Shown in pieces: positions 36,818 through 45,933 of a DNA stretch of 46,180 nt. Source of the stretch: Bifidobacterium breve (GTDB lineage: Bacteria; Actinomycetota; Actinomycetes; S36-B12); contig CAMDKJ010000002.1 in the NCBI GenBank assembly GCA_945900705.1, positions 1 to 46,180 of the forward strand. Direction: 5' to 3'. Position numbers and translations under genes: made by a program. Numbering within the stretch: position 1 is the first letter of the stretch; every line of letters begins with the position of its first letter. The notes beneath the pieces were generated by a model that was not told the origin of the DNA, did not search any database, and was given only the letters and a program-made list of their open reading frames with translations.

Positions 36818-37635
36818 GCCCCGTAACCACCTCGCGACCTCGCCGACGGCTAGTCAACCTCAGTAACTTCCCGCTATTTCGCGGTACCTCTATCGCGGTA
36901 CTCGTCGGTATGTACCTGCCGCTCCTATTAGTGGTGTTCTACTCATTCAATCAAAACCGGTTAGCCCAAATCTGGACCGGGTTCTCATTTAAGTGGTACG
37001 ACTTCGTATTTCACAATGACGACATCTTGCGCGCCTTGAAGAACTCGCTCATCGTTGCGGTCGTCGCCACCATTTTGTCAACCCTGCTCGCACTCGGTGC
37101 CGCCCTCGGCATGTTGCGCATGGCCAGGTCTGGACGGGTATTCGCCTGGGGCTTACTGGGCGCCCCGCTCCTCATTCCGGAGATAGTGCTGGCGGTCGGC
37201 ACCCTCGGGTTCTTCTTGACCATCAAGGTGCCACTTGGGCATGTCGCACTAATCCTTGCGCACACCGCCTTTTGCATCCCCTTTGCCTTGTTGCCGATCA
37301 GGGCGCGCTTGGCCGGCTTGGATGCGGCCCCCTTCGAGGCCGCCACCGATCTCGGTGCCAACGAATGGCAGATCCTGCGCCGCATCACCTTGCCGCTGCT
37401 GGCGCCCGGGATCTTGGCTGGGGCCTTACTCGCATTCGCTATCTCATTAGACGATTTCATCACCTCGTTTTTCATTGCCGGACCAGGTGCCACCACCTTG
37501 CCCGTCTACATCTTCGGCATGATCCGCTCCAATGTGACTCCAGCCGTCAACGCTCTCTCTACCCTTCTGCTGATCTTTTCGGCTACCATGCTTTTGGCGG
37601 TATATCTACTCAATAGAATAAGGAGAAGCGACTAA
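36814..37635 (+). CDS. potC: polyamine ABC transporter permease
   Basis: 273 aa with an EAA loop (FEAATDLGANEWQILRRITLP). Overlaps the potB stop. Confidence 0.85.
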   Translation: MSPVTTSRPRRRLVNLSNFPLFRGTSIAVLVGMYLPLLLVVFYSFNQNRLAQIWTGFSFKWYDFVFHNDDILRALKNSLIVAVVATILSTLLALGAALGMLRMARSGRVFAWGLLGAPLLIPEIVLAVGTLGFFLTIKVPLGHVALILAHTAFCIPFALLPIRARLAGLDAAPFEAATDLGANEWQILRRITLPLLAPGILAGALLAFAISLDDFITSFFIAGPGATTLPVYIFGMIRSNVTPAVNALSTLLLIFSATMLLAVYLLNRIRRSD

Positions 37636-38783
37636 TGATTCGACGATCCAAAGTATCTAGATTGGCGACATCTTCAGCAATCATCGCTGCTGGTGTTTTA
37701 GTACTTGCCGCCTGCGGGGGCGAAACAACCACCACGGCACCCTCGGCGGCAGCACCTGTGGCCAGCGAGGCACCGGCCGCATCAGCACTGCCGGCAACCG
37801 GCAGCGGTGAATTACACCTGTACAGCTGGACCGATTACATCGATCCGGCGCAGCTTGATGCCTTCACGGCTGAAACGGGTATCCAGGTGATACTCGATAC
37901 CTATGACTCGAATGAAACCATGCTCGCCAAGATACAGGCGGGTGCGACCGGCTACGACGTACTCGTGCCCAGTGACTACATGGTCGCTCAGATGATCGAA
38001 CTCGGCCTGTTGGAGAACATTGGCGTCAACACCCTGCCAAATGCCGCCAATATCAAGCCGAACCTCATCGATGTCTACTGGGATCCAGGGCGCAGTTACT
38101 CCGCTCCGTACATGTACGGCACCACGGGTATCGGTGTCGACACCACTGACCCAGCGGTTTCGGGCATTGCGTCTTGGAAGGATTACTTCGCCGCCGGTTC
38201 GGTAGCGGGCAACTCCCTTGATGTGCTCAAGGATCAGACGGAACTTGTCTCCGCGGCACTTCGTGCCGGCGGCGTTGCTCCGGCCGACCTATGCTCAACC
38301 GATAAGGCGCAGTACGCCGCGGCCCAAGAGCTGCTTTCGACTTTCAAGCCGAAGGTGATCGACTCGGACGGTGGCATCGAGCGCATGGTGAAGGGTTCGA
38401 GCAAGGCTCGCATGGCCTGGAACGGATCAGTGCACCGCATGACAGTGGAGAATCCGAACATCCAGTTTGTGTACCCGTCGGATGGGCTTAATCTTTGGGC
38501 TGACAACTTCGTCGTACCAGTTGGTGCGCCGGATCTTGAGAACGCAAAGATCTTCATCAACTGGATGATGGGCCCGGAGCAAGCCGGTGTCGCCAGTAAC
38601 TTCAGCGGTTACGACAACGGCATCATGGATTCGGATCCGTTCATGAACGATTCACTCAAAACCGACCCGGGCGTTGTTGTGCCGGCCGACAAGGTTGCTC
38701 TGATCTCGCCGACACCGAGCTGCAGTCAAGAGGCCCGCGACCTCTACACCGAGGTCTTCACCTCATGGCAGTCGGGTCAGTAG
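37635..38783 (+). CDS. potD: polyamine ABC transporter substrate-binding lipoprotein (PotD/PotF-like)
   Basis: Lipobox (VLAACGG). The PotD-like core includes LHLYSWTDYI, YDVLVPSDYM and WADNFVVP. Confidence 0.85.
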   Translation: MIRRSKVSRLATSSAIIAAGVLVLAACGGETTTTAPSAAAPVASEAPAASALPATGSGELHLYSWTDYIDPAQLDAFTAETGIQVILDTYDSNETMLAKIQAGATGYDVLVPSDYMVAQMIELGLLENIGVNTLPNAANIKPNLIDVYWDPGRSYSAPYMYGTTGIGVDTTDPAVSGIASWKDYFAAGSVAGNSLDVLKDQTELVSAALRAGGVAPADLCSTDKAQYAAAQELLSTFKPKVIDSDGGIERMVKGSSKARMAWNGSVHRMTVENPNIQFVYPSDGLNLWADNFVVPVGAPDLENAKIFINWMMGPEQAGVASNFSGYDNGIMDSDPFMNDSLKTDPGVVVPADKVALISPTPSCSQEARDLYTEVFTSWQSGQ

Positions 38784-38800
38784 AAACAGGGCAAGTTGAT

Positions 38801-38857
38801 TGGCCCTGCTAACGCAGGGCAAAGCGAAATGGCCCCGCTAACGCAGGGCAAAGCGAA
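38801..38857. repeat. tandem direct repeat, 2 x 28 nt (period 29)
   Basis: TGGCCCTGCTAACGCAGGGCAAAGCGAA (38801-38828) and TGGCCCCGCTAACGCAGGGCAAAGCGAA (38830-38857), with one mismatch. Each copy contains a small hairpin (CCCTGC-TAAC-GCAGGG). Confidence 0.8.
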
Positions 38858-38887
38858 GGGGTGGATCCTCCCGCATCCACCCCTTCG
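38854..38887. terminator. bidirectional terminator-like hairpin between convergent potD and trpB2
   Basis: Perfect 13-bp stem CGAAGGGGTGGAT / ATCCACCCCTTCG with an 8-nt loop. Confidence 0.6.
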
Positions 38888-38907
38888 TAGTTCTAAGCGC
38901 ACCTGGC

Positions 38908-40284
38908 TTACGGGTATGAAACCTCCGGCACCGTCGCCATGGCCTCGGCCAGGCGGGCATCGGAGAACACCTCGTCAACCATTTCGCCCCGCAGGTACTG
39001 GTCGTACGCGGGCAGATCGAAGTGACCGTGGCCGCACAGTGCGGTCAAGATCACCGTCTCTTCGCCGGTCTCCTTGGCCTTGAGCGCCTCGCGGATCGCC
39101 ACCGCGATTGCATGTGTTGGCTCAGGTGCCGGAACGATGCCCTCGGTGCGGGCGAACTGGATTGCCGCCGCGAAGCACTCGGTCTGCGGAACAGCTACGG
39201 CTTCCATCATGCCCAACTCGTACATATGTGAGATGAGCGGCGACATCCCGTGGTAGCGAAGACCACCGGCGTGGATCGGGTCGGGGATGAAGTCGTGGCC
39301 CAACGTGTGCATTTTCATCAGCGGTGTCATGCCCGCTGTATCGCCGAAGTCGTAGCGGTACTCGCCACGGGTTAGCGATGGGCATGAAGCCGGCTCGGTT
39401 GCGACGATGCGTGGTGAGATCTTGCCAGCGAGCTTCTCGCGGATGAACGGGAAGGAGAGTCCGCCGAAGTTTGACCCGCCGCCGGTGCAGCCAACAATCA
39501 TGGTCGGTGTATCGCCGGCCATCTGGAGTTGCAATAGCGCTTCCTCGCCGATGATTGTTTGATGGAGCAGTACGTGATTAAGAACCGACCCGAGTGCGTA
39601 ACGGGTGTCGGCATTCGTGGCGGCAACTTCAACCGCCTCGGAAATCGCGATACCCAATGAGCCCGACCAGTTACGTGGATCTTGGGCAAGCTGTCGACCG
39701 ATTTCAGTGACATCAGATGGCGAACGATGCACCTTGGCGCCGAAAGCCTCGATCATCAACCTGCGGTATGGCTTTGAATCGTACGAGGCACCGACCTGCC
39801 AAACCTCGCAGTCCAGGCCGAAGAGCGCGCAAGCAAAGGAGAGCGCTGTGCCCCACTGGCCGGCGCCGGTTTCAGTGGTGAGGCGCTTGGTGCCTTCCTT
39901 CTTGTTATAGTAAGCCTGCGGCACCGCGGTGTTTGGCTTATGTGAGCCAGCCGGTGAGACGCCTTCGTACTTGTAATAGATACGTGCGGGAGTTCCAAGT
40001 GCTTGCTCGAGGCGATGTGCCCGAAACAGCGGTGATGGCCGCCACTGCCGGTAGACATCGAGTACCCCACCTGGGATCTCGATAAAGCGATCCATCGAAA
40101 CTTCCTGCATGATCAAGTCCATCGGGAACAACGGGGCCAAATCATCAGGGCCAACCGGATCCATCCGCCCGGGGTGTAGCGGTGGGGGTGGGGGCACCGG
40201 CAGGTCGGGCATGATGTTGTACCAAGTCGTTGGCATCTGATCTTCGGTCAGCGTGTACTTATGTTGGCGAACAGTGTCATCCAT
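38908..40284 (-). CDS. trpB2: TrpB2-type tryptophan synthase beta-like PLP enzyme
   Basis: Start at ATG 40284 (MDDTVRQHKYTLTEDQMPTTWYNIMPDLP..., the typical TrpB2 N-terminus). PLP-lysine motif GSHKPNTA and GGGSNFGG. Confidence 0.85.
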   Translation of the reverse strand: MDDTVRQHKYTLTEDQMPTTWYNIMPDLPVPPPPPLHPGRMDPVGPDDLAPLFPMDLIMQEVSMDRFIEIPGGVLDVYRQWRPSPLFRAHRLEQALGTPARIYYKYEGVSPAGSHKPNTAVPQAYYNKKEGTKRLTTETGAGQWGTALSFACALFGLDCEVWQVGASYDSKPYRRLMIEAFGAKVHRSPSDVTEIGRQLAQDPRNWSGSLGIAISEAVEVAATNADTRYALGSVLNHVLLHQTIIGEEALLQLQMAGDTPTMIVGCTGGGSNFGGLSFPFIREKLAGKISPRIVATEPASCPSLTRGEYRYDFGDTAGMTPLMKMHTLGHDFIPDPIHAGGLRYHGMSPLISHMYELGMMEAVAVPQTECFAAAIQFARTEGIVPAPEPTHAIAVAIREALKAKETGEETVILTALCGHGHFDLPAYDQYLRGEMVDEVFSDARLAEAMATVPEVSYP

Positions 40285-40638
40285 CGGGCAACCTTTCTCG
40301 TCTGTCGTTACTCCTGGGCGTTCGGTCCTGGATCCGCGCCCGCAGTAAAGAGGACCGTACGCCGAAGGCGGAGTGGATGCACGATGAACCGCAACCTCGG
40401 CAGCGGCCGGCCACCTAACGTTCACCAGTGCTCTGATACCAATGGGGCAATTGGTGCCTGTGGGAATGACTGTGGGCCATCCCACAACCCCATGGCGTGG
40501 CGTCCGAAAACCGGTCGTGACCATTCCGTTATCAAGGGTTCACGGCATAGCGTCATGGAGTCGCTTGGTTCACCGACGGTCCCCCGACCGGCCCCAGGCG
40601 ACTTGCTTTTTGTTAGCAGCAACGCGAAGGAGACGTGC

Positions 40639-41262
40639 ATGCACGCCCACCTCAAGACGCTCAACATCTCAGTAGCAGCCGCCCTTTTGGTCAGCGTGCT
40701 CACTATTTCGCCATCGGGCGCGACCCCGATTAGCAATGACTCAACTTCTTCTGCCTTCCCTAATACCAGTCACCTTTCTCAGCCACTGTCTGCCGTCGAA
40801 CTCCCGGCACCCACAATGGCTCGCGTCATTGAGCACCGAGCAGCCATACCCGTTCTCACCCCGCGTCAGCGGAACGTTGCCAATGTCGCGTTGCTCCGCA
40901 AACGCATCGCAATCCTGGGTCGGGGGCAGGTAGGCGATACCTACCGCGGTGGCGCTTCGGGCCCAAATGCCTTTGACTGCTCGGGCTTGACCCGATATGT
41001 CTTCAAGCAGGTAACCGGCATCGACCTGCCGCACTACTCAGGCGCCCAGTACAAGATGGCCCGCAAAATCTCGCGCAAGAACGCCCAGCCTGGTGATCTC
41101 GTCTTCTATTTGCGCGGCAGCGCCCACCACGTAGGCCTGTACCTCGGCAACGGAAAAATGGTGCACGCCGTGGGGTACGGAAAGAAAGTGAGAATCCGGC
41201 CCATCTTTGGGCCTTGGTACACCCGCCACTTCACTGGGCTAGGTCGCGTCCTGCCGGCTTAG
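40639..41262 (+). CDS. secreted NlpC/P60-family peptidoglycan endopeptidase
   Basis: ATG 40639 with a GAAGGAG Shine-Dalgarno sequence and a signal peptide. The catalytic Cys is in FDCSGLTRYVF and the His in HHVGLYLGNGKMVHA. Confidence 0.85.
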   Translation: MHAHLKTLNISVAAALLVSVLTISPSGATPISNDSTSSAFPNTSHLSQPLSAVELPAPTMARVIEHRAAIPVLTPRQRNVANVALLRKRIAILGRGQVGDTYRGGASGPNAFDCSGLTRYVFKQVTGIDLPHYSGAQYKMARKISRKNAQPGDLVFYLRGSAHHVGLYLGNGKMVHAVGYGKKVRIRPIFGPWYTRHFTGLGRVLPA

Positions 41263-41377
41263 CTAACTTGGCAGTGTGCTCCTAACGAGGAGGTGGCAAT
41301 TGACTGCACCAACAGTTAGCGTATGCATCCCAGCGCTAAATAGTTTGGGTATCGCCCCCGGCAGCACCGTCGCCTAA

Positions 41378-42568
41378 CTACGAATTTATCTCTGCCACCA
41401 CATATTTGGCTACAGCCAGCGCACTTGTCCAAGCTGGCGACACTACGTTGAGCATGTGCGTTGATCGATCACCGTGCTCAAAAACAAAGTCCATCTCCAA
41501 TTTGCGCGTCGGTAGGTGAAATAGTTGCGCGCGAACACCTGGGCGACCCTTGATCTTGAAATCTGCGGGCGCCACCGATGGCACCAACGCACGTGCTTGG
41601 TTAACCAAGTGCTTGCGCGAGTACTTTGGCAACTCACTTCGTAATAATCCGGCAACATCATGATCTTTACTGCGAAAGAAACTGGGGTAGGTGCGCGCAA
41701 TGCTCGCCAGCTCGCCGGCGTTAAACCCCGCGAAGCCCCCGTAATCCTGACGCCAGAGGGCGGGTATCGCCGTCGGCCCGATCTTGGCTTTACCGTCGAC
41801 TGTCACAGTTAGGTGGACACCGAGAAATGGGTTACGCGGGTCAGGTACCGGATAAACATGACGCTGCAGGCGACCAGGTGCCCATGAGCCGTACCAATAG
41901 AGCCCCTTAAACGGCAGCATTCGATAATCGGTACCAACGCCATACCAGTGCGCTACTTTGTCGGCATAGAGGCCAGCGGCATTAATTACGTAACCTGCAC
42001 TAATCCGACGCTCGGCGATTGTCACCCACCCCGGCCCCGCCCCGGTAACCTCAGAACCTAGGGCGATTACCCCTCCACGTTCGCGCACTCGGCCCGCCAG
42101 CGCCTCCACCACCGCTACCGGGTCTGCGACCGCCGTGGTCGGTGACCAAAGCGCCGACCCGTGGGTTTTAGCAAGGGGCTCAAGTTCACGTAGTTGGGCT
42201 TCATCAACCAATTCAAGTTTCACGCCATTTACTTGCCCACGAACGAACAACTCTCGCAAGGCCGGGATTTCTGATTCGGATTGAGTAACAACCACTTTGC
42301 CGGTTTCGCGAACCACCACTCCACGCTCAGCACAAAACTCGTGCAGCAAGTGATTACCATCTTTGGTCAGTTGGGCTTTAAGGGAATCGGGAGCGTAATA
42401 AAAACCCGCGTGCAGCACGCCACTATTTCGACCCGAGGCATGTGCCGCGAGCCCCGGCTCCTTTTCGAGTACCAGTACCGACGTGCCCGGGTGGCGGGCG
42501 AGCCAGGCATCGGCGAGGGCTAGCCCAACAATCCCGCCACCAATAACGACTACATCGGCTGTCTTCAC
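41378..42568 (-). CDS. lhgO: FAD-dependent L-2-hydroxyglutarate oxidase/dehydrogenase-like oxidoreductase
   Basis: Dinucleotide-binding motif VVVIGGGIVGLALA. 396 aa with a GRPGVRAQL motif typical of LhgO-type DAO-family enzymes. Confidence 0.7.
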   Translation of the reverse strand: MKTADVVVIGGGIVGLALADAWLARHPGTSVLVLEKEPGLAAHASGRNSGVLHAGFYYAPDSLKAQLTKDGNHLLHEFCAERGVVVRETGKVVVTQSESEIPALRELFVRGQVNGVKLELVDEAQLRELEPLAKTHGSALWSPTTAVADPVAVVEALAGRVRERGGVIALGSEVTGAGPGWVTIAERRISAGYVINAAGLYADKVAHWYGVGTDYRMLPFKGLYWYGSWAPGRLQRHVYPVPDPRNPFLGVHLTVTVDGKAKIGPTAIPALWRQDYGGFAGFNAGELASIARTYPSFFRSKDHDVAGLLRSELPKYSRKHLVNQARALVPSVAPADFKIKGRPGVRAQLFHLPTRKLEMDFVFEHGDRSTHMLNVVSPAWTSALAVAKYVVAEINS

Positions 42569-42625
42569 GGCCTCATCGTGACACGTTTACCCCGCCCGTG
42601 TGGTGATCTGTGGGACTATCAGCCC

Positions 42626-43849
42626 ATGAGCACCTACGGGCTAGACGGCGTGCTTACTTGGACCCAAGCCCATCAGGTCGCAAGTTCATGTGCGCAGCAA
42701 TTACCTAGTACCTACGCCCGCCTCGATGAGGCCGCCGGCAGCATCTTGGCGCAGCCCATTTTGACGCTACTTGATGACCCCGTGGTCGATATTGCCGCAA
42801 TTAATGGATACGCAGTTTGTGGTGAGGGTCCGTGGCAGTTAACCGACGAGGTGCCTCTACGCCCGAGCCGCGCCATGCGAGTGCGCACCGGTGACCCAAT
42901 CCCCGCTCACGCTGATGCGGTCCTTGCGATCGATAGTTCAGCCGCCGATCATCATGGTGACGGCACAGTCAGCGTCGTGGGTCTTGATGAGCTAACCCAA
43001 TTACCCGACGAGCGCGCCCGGCCCACCTTCGGCTCAGGGATTATTAAGCAGGCGGAGTCCGCCCCACGCGGCACCTTGCTTGTGCCCGCCGGGCGAGCAC
43101 TGACTCCAGCGATGTTGGCGCTGGCTGCAGCCGCCGGCCATGACGGCGTTGAGATCGTGCGCCCACCGGTGGTGGGTGTCATCGTGCTCGGCAAGTCTCT
43201 GCTCTCGCAGGGGCCATCACGCGATGGCCGGGTGCGCGATGCGCTCGGCACAACCGTGCCATCTTTCATCGCGGCGTGCGGTGGTCGCGGCAACCCGGCG
43301 GTACGAGCTCCCGACAGCGCAGACTTACTCTTAACTGAGATTGACGATGCAGCCGTCGACGTAATAATCACGACGGGATCAACAGCGCCTGGCCCCGATA
43401 ATCACGTGCGCCAGGTGCTGCGTGATCTCGGTGCCCACTGGCTGATCGACGGAGTTGCCGTAACCCCGGGCGCGCAGATGCTGCTGGCCAAATTGCCTGA
43501 TGGCAGATTCTTGGTTGGGCTACCCGGTGAACCACAATCGGCCCTCGCCGGTTTGGTGACTTTGGTAGCACCACTAATTGCCGCACTACGTGGTGCACCT
43601 TTAGCGCGGAGCTATCCATCAGCGGTGCTCTTCGCTGACACCGCCGCAGCTGAGTTTGCCGACGACACCCGGCTAGCCCCGGTGCGGCTTGAAATGTTGG
43701 ACACCGCGCAGGTGGCATACCCGCTCGAGGATGACGGACCTGCTGGGTTAGCCGGGTGGGCCCGGGCTGATGCGGTCGCGGTAGTACCCCCAGGGGCTGG
43801 ATTTCGCGGTGATGTGGTGCAGTGCATCCAGCTAGGTTCATCCAGCTAG
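42626..43849 (+). CDS. MoeA/gephyrin-E-domain-like protein (divergent)
   Basis: Collinear with MoeA (INGYAV, GLPGEPQS, and a DVIITTGS block), but several catalytic-region motifs are altered (see findings). The start could be 42578 or ATG 42626. Confidence 0.6.
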   Translation: MSTYGLDGVLTWTQAHQVASSCAQQLPSTYARLDEAAGSILAQPILTLLDDPVVDIAAINGYAVCGEGPWQLTDEVPLRPSRAMRVRTGDPIPAHADAVLAIDSSAADHHGDGTVSVVGLDELTQLPDERARPTFGSGIIKQAESAPRGTLLVPAGRALTPAMLALAAAAGHDGVEIVRPPVVGVIVLGKSLLSQGPSRDGRVRDALGTTVPSFIAACGGRGNPAVRAPDSADLLLTEIDDAAVDVIITTGSTAPGPDNHVRQVLRDLGAHWLIDGVAVTPGAQMLLAKLPDGRFLVGLPGEPQSALAGLVTLVAPLIAALRGAPLARSYPSAVLFADTAAAEFADDTRLAPVRLEMLDTAQVAYPLEDDGPAGLAGWARADAVAVVPPGAGFRGDVVQCIQLGSSS

Positions 43850-43866
43850 GTTCATCCAGCTAGGTC
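43825..43866. repeat. 3 x 14-bp perfect/near-perfect tandem repeat (CATCCAGCTAGGTT)
   Basis: Copies at 43825-43838, 43839-43852 and 43853-43866 (last base C). The MoeA-like stop codon TAG (43847-43849) lies inside copy 2. Confidence 0.85.
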
Positions 43867-43931
43867 CACCCTGCTAACACGCCCGGCTACCCCCTCCAGT
43901 ACTTTCCCTAGTATTCCGATAGGGTTACCCA

Positions 43932-44879
43932 GTGAATATCGCGGACATCGACCTCGCGTTGGCCCTGGGCGGCCTGGTTGCCGGATTGATGGTGGGCCTG
44001 ACCGGCATGGGCGGCGCCGCGCTGGTCACCCCAATGCTCGTCCTGGTGTTCGGCGTTCCGCCCGCCGCAGCCGTCTCGAGCGACGTAGTCGCCGCGGCGA
44101 TCATGAAACCGGTCGGCGCCGCGGTCCACATCCGCAACAAGTCCGTGCATTGGGGTTTGGTCAGATGGCTGTCACTTGGTTCTATACCCGGGGTCTTAAT
44201 CGGAACATTAATTTTCGCGAACGTGCTGGCAACATCTGGTGCTGACTCAACAATTCGAACCTGGATCGGCGTCGTCTTAATCATCGCCCTCTGCGCCATG
44301 TTGCTGAAGGCATATCTCACCGCACGTTCATCAAAGTTACTTGGTGAGCAAGAACTCCTAGGCACCTCAATGCCGGTAAAAATGGTGCCGACGGTGGCAC
44401 TTGGGCTAGTGGTCGGACTTATCGTCGGCATGACAAGTGTCGGCTCTGGCTCACTCGTGGTCACGGTGCTGCTGCTCATCTATCCACTGCTGCGCCCGTC
44501 AGTACTGGTTGGCACCGACTTAACCGCGGCCGTACCAATGTTGATTGCCGGGGCGATCGCGCATGCCGGCCTCGGTGAAATTGATGTTGCGGTGGTCGTC
44601 TCACTACTCATCGGGCAGTTGCCCGGCGTATACCTTGGCGCAAGATTGTCCTCGCGTTACAACGGTCGCCTATTGCGCTACCTGCTAATGGTCGTACTAG
44701 CAGCAACAGCCATCAAGTTACTTGGTGCGCCAAGTATCGTCGCCGGCACCATCGCAATTGTCGGCGTCCTAGTAATAGGCGCCATGATGTTGCGCGAGCG
44801 GGTACGCTCTACCCCATTATGCGAGCCATCATCTGCACCGAACCCGGCGGGCCAGAGCACTTTGAGTGGCAAGAGGTAA
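43932..44879 (+). CDS. TauE/SafE-family anion exporter membrane protein
   Basis: GTG start. Contains the GLMVGLTGMGGAALVTPMLV motif and a second half-repeat (GLIVGMTSVGSGSL). About 8 TM helices. Confidence 0.7.
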   Translation: MNIADIDLALALGGLVAGLMVGLTGMGGAALVTPMLVLVFGVPPAAAVSSDVVAAAIMKPVGAAVHIRNKSVHWGLVRWLSLGSIPGVLIGTLIFANVLATSGADSTIRTWIGVVLIIALCAMLLKAYLTARSSKLLGEQELLGTSMPVKMVPTVALGLVVGLIVGMTSVGSGSLVVTVLLLIYPLLRPSVLVGTDLTAAVPMLIAGAIAHAGLGEIDVAVVVSLLIGQLPGVYLGARLSSRYNGRLLRYLLMVVLAATAIKLLGAPSIVAGTIAIVGVLVIGAMMLRERVRSTPLCEPSSAPNPAGQSTLSGKR

Positions 44880-45796
44880 CTACGCCAACACCTGGGCCCG
44901 GTGAAGTCTTACTTGACGTTGCCGCCACGGCCGTAAATCGCGCAGATATCTTGCAGCGCCAAGGCAATTACGCGCCCCCACCCGGGGCGTCGCAAATTCT
45001 GGGGCTTGAGTGCTCCGGCGTGATCAGTGAACTCGGGCCAGGAGTCACCACGGTCGAGATAGGCCAGGAGGTAACCGCACTTCTCGCCGGTGGCGGCTAC
45101 GCCGAAAAAGTGGCGGTTCCCGTAGGCCAATTGATGAGCGTGCCTGCGGGTTTGGATCTAGTCACTGCTGCCTGCCTTCCTGAAGTGGCCTGCACGGTCT
45201 GGAGCAATATCGTCATGACGGCCCACCTCACCGAAGGCGAGTGGTTACTGATCCACGGTGGCGGTTCTGGCATTGGCACTATGGCGATACAGGTAGCGCG
45301 TGCCCTCGGTGCACGAGTTGCGGTCACGGCCGGCAGTAACGCCAAGCTGGATATCTGTGAACGACTGGGTGCTGAAATCATGATCAATTACCAAGAACAA
45401 GATTTCGTTGAAGTGATGAATGACGTCACCGGCGGCCGGGGCGTTGATGTCATTCTCGACAATATGGGCGCCGCCTACCTGGAACGCAATGTGCTGGCCC
45501 TCGCGCGCAACGGCCGGCTTGCCATCATCGGCATGCAGGGCGGGAGCATAGCCGAACTCAACATCAATACGTTGCTGCGCAAGAACGGCACGGTGCATGC
45601 GGCTTCACTTCGCGGGCGCCCAGAGTCTGAGAAGTCCGCCATCTGCCAGCAGGTTGAGCGAAACATCTGGCCGTGGGTACATGCCGGGATCGTTACCCCC
45701 GTAATCGGCGCCACCTTGCCGCTACAAGAAGCTGCAGCGGCTCACCAACTACTTGAATCCGGTGAAGTTACCGGCAAGATCGTGCTAACCGTTTAA
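44819..45796 (+). CDS. qor: NAD(P)H:quinone oxidoreductase (zeta-crystallin-type MDR)
   Basis: MRAIICTEPGGPE..., NRADILQRQGNY, and the cofactor motif HGGGSGIGT. No Zn ligands. 325 aa. Confidence 0.85.
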   Translation: MRAIICTEPGGPEHFEWQEVTTPTPGPGEVLLDVAATAVNRADILQRQGNYAPPPGASQILGLECSGVISELGPGVTTVEIGQEVTALLAGGGYAEKVAVPVGQLMSVPAGLDLVTAACLPEVACTVWSNIVMTAHLTEGEWLLIHGGGSGIGTMAIQVARALGARVAVTAGSNAKLDICERLGAEIMINYQEQDFVEVMNDVTGGRGVDVILDNMGAAYLERNVLALARNGRLAIIGMQGGSIAELNINTLLRKNGTVHAASLRGRPESEKSAICQQVERNIWPWVHAGIVTPVIGATLPLQEAAAAHQLLESGEVTGKIVLTV

Positions 45797-45933
45797 CGGA
45801 ACCAGCTCCCGCCAACCCCAGCATTAAACCTGCCGGATCCGTCAAAAAACAGCGTTTAAATGACGGAACTAGCAGGTTGAAGGCCATTTTATTTGCGTAT
45901 GCTTCGTGGGTAGCGATTAGGAGAATCACCAAA

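Noticed and set aside
38801-38857. A CRISPR-like array.
   Set aside because: There are only two adjacent copies, with a 1-nt gap and no spacers. No cas genes are present.
40285-40638. N-terminal extensions of the trpB2 ORF (to 40524) and the NlpC/P60 ORF (from 40261). Also a ydaO/c-di-AMP riboswitch call.
   Set aside because: The extensions lack family similarity, and good internal starts exist (40284, and 40639 with a GAAGGAG Shine-Dalgarno sequence). For ydaO I found only fragments (CGGGGGACC on the minus strand, CCGAAAACCGGTC on the plus strand) and not the paired consensus blocks. I therefore keep it as a question rather than a call.
44819-44879. The 61-nt overlap between the TauE-family gene end and the qor start, considered as a possible frameshift or fusion signal.
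   Set aside because: Both proteins look complete, and the qor N-terminus (MRAIICTEPGGPE) is canonical. The overlap is more simply explained by a non-conserved C-terminal tail of the membrane protein.
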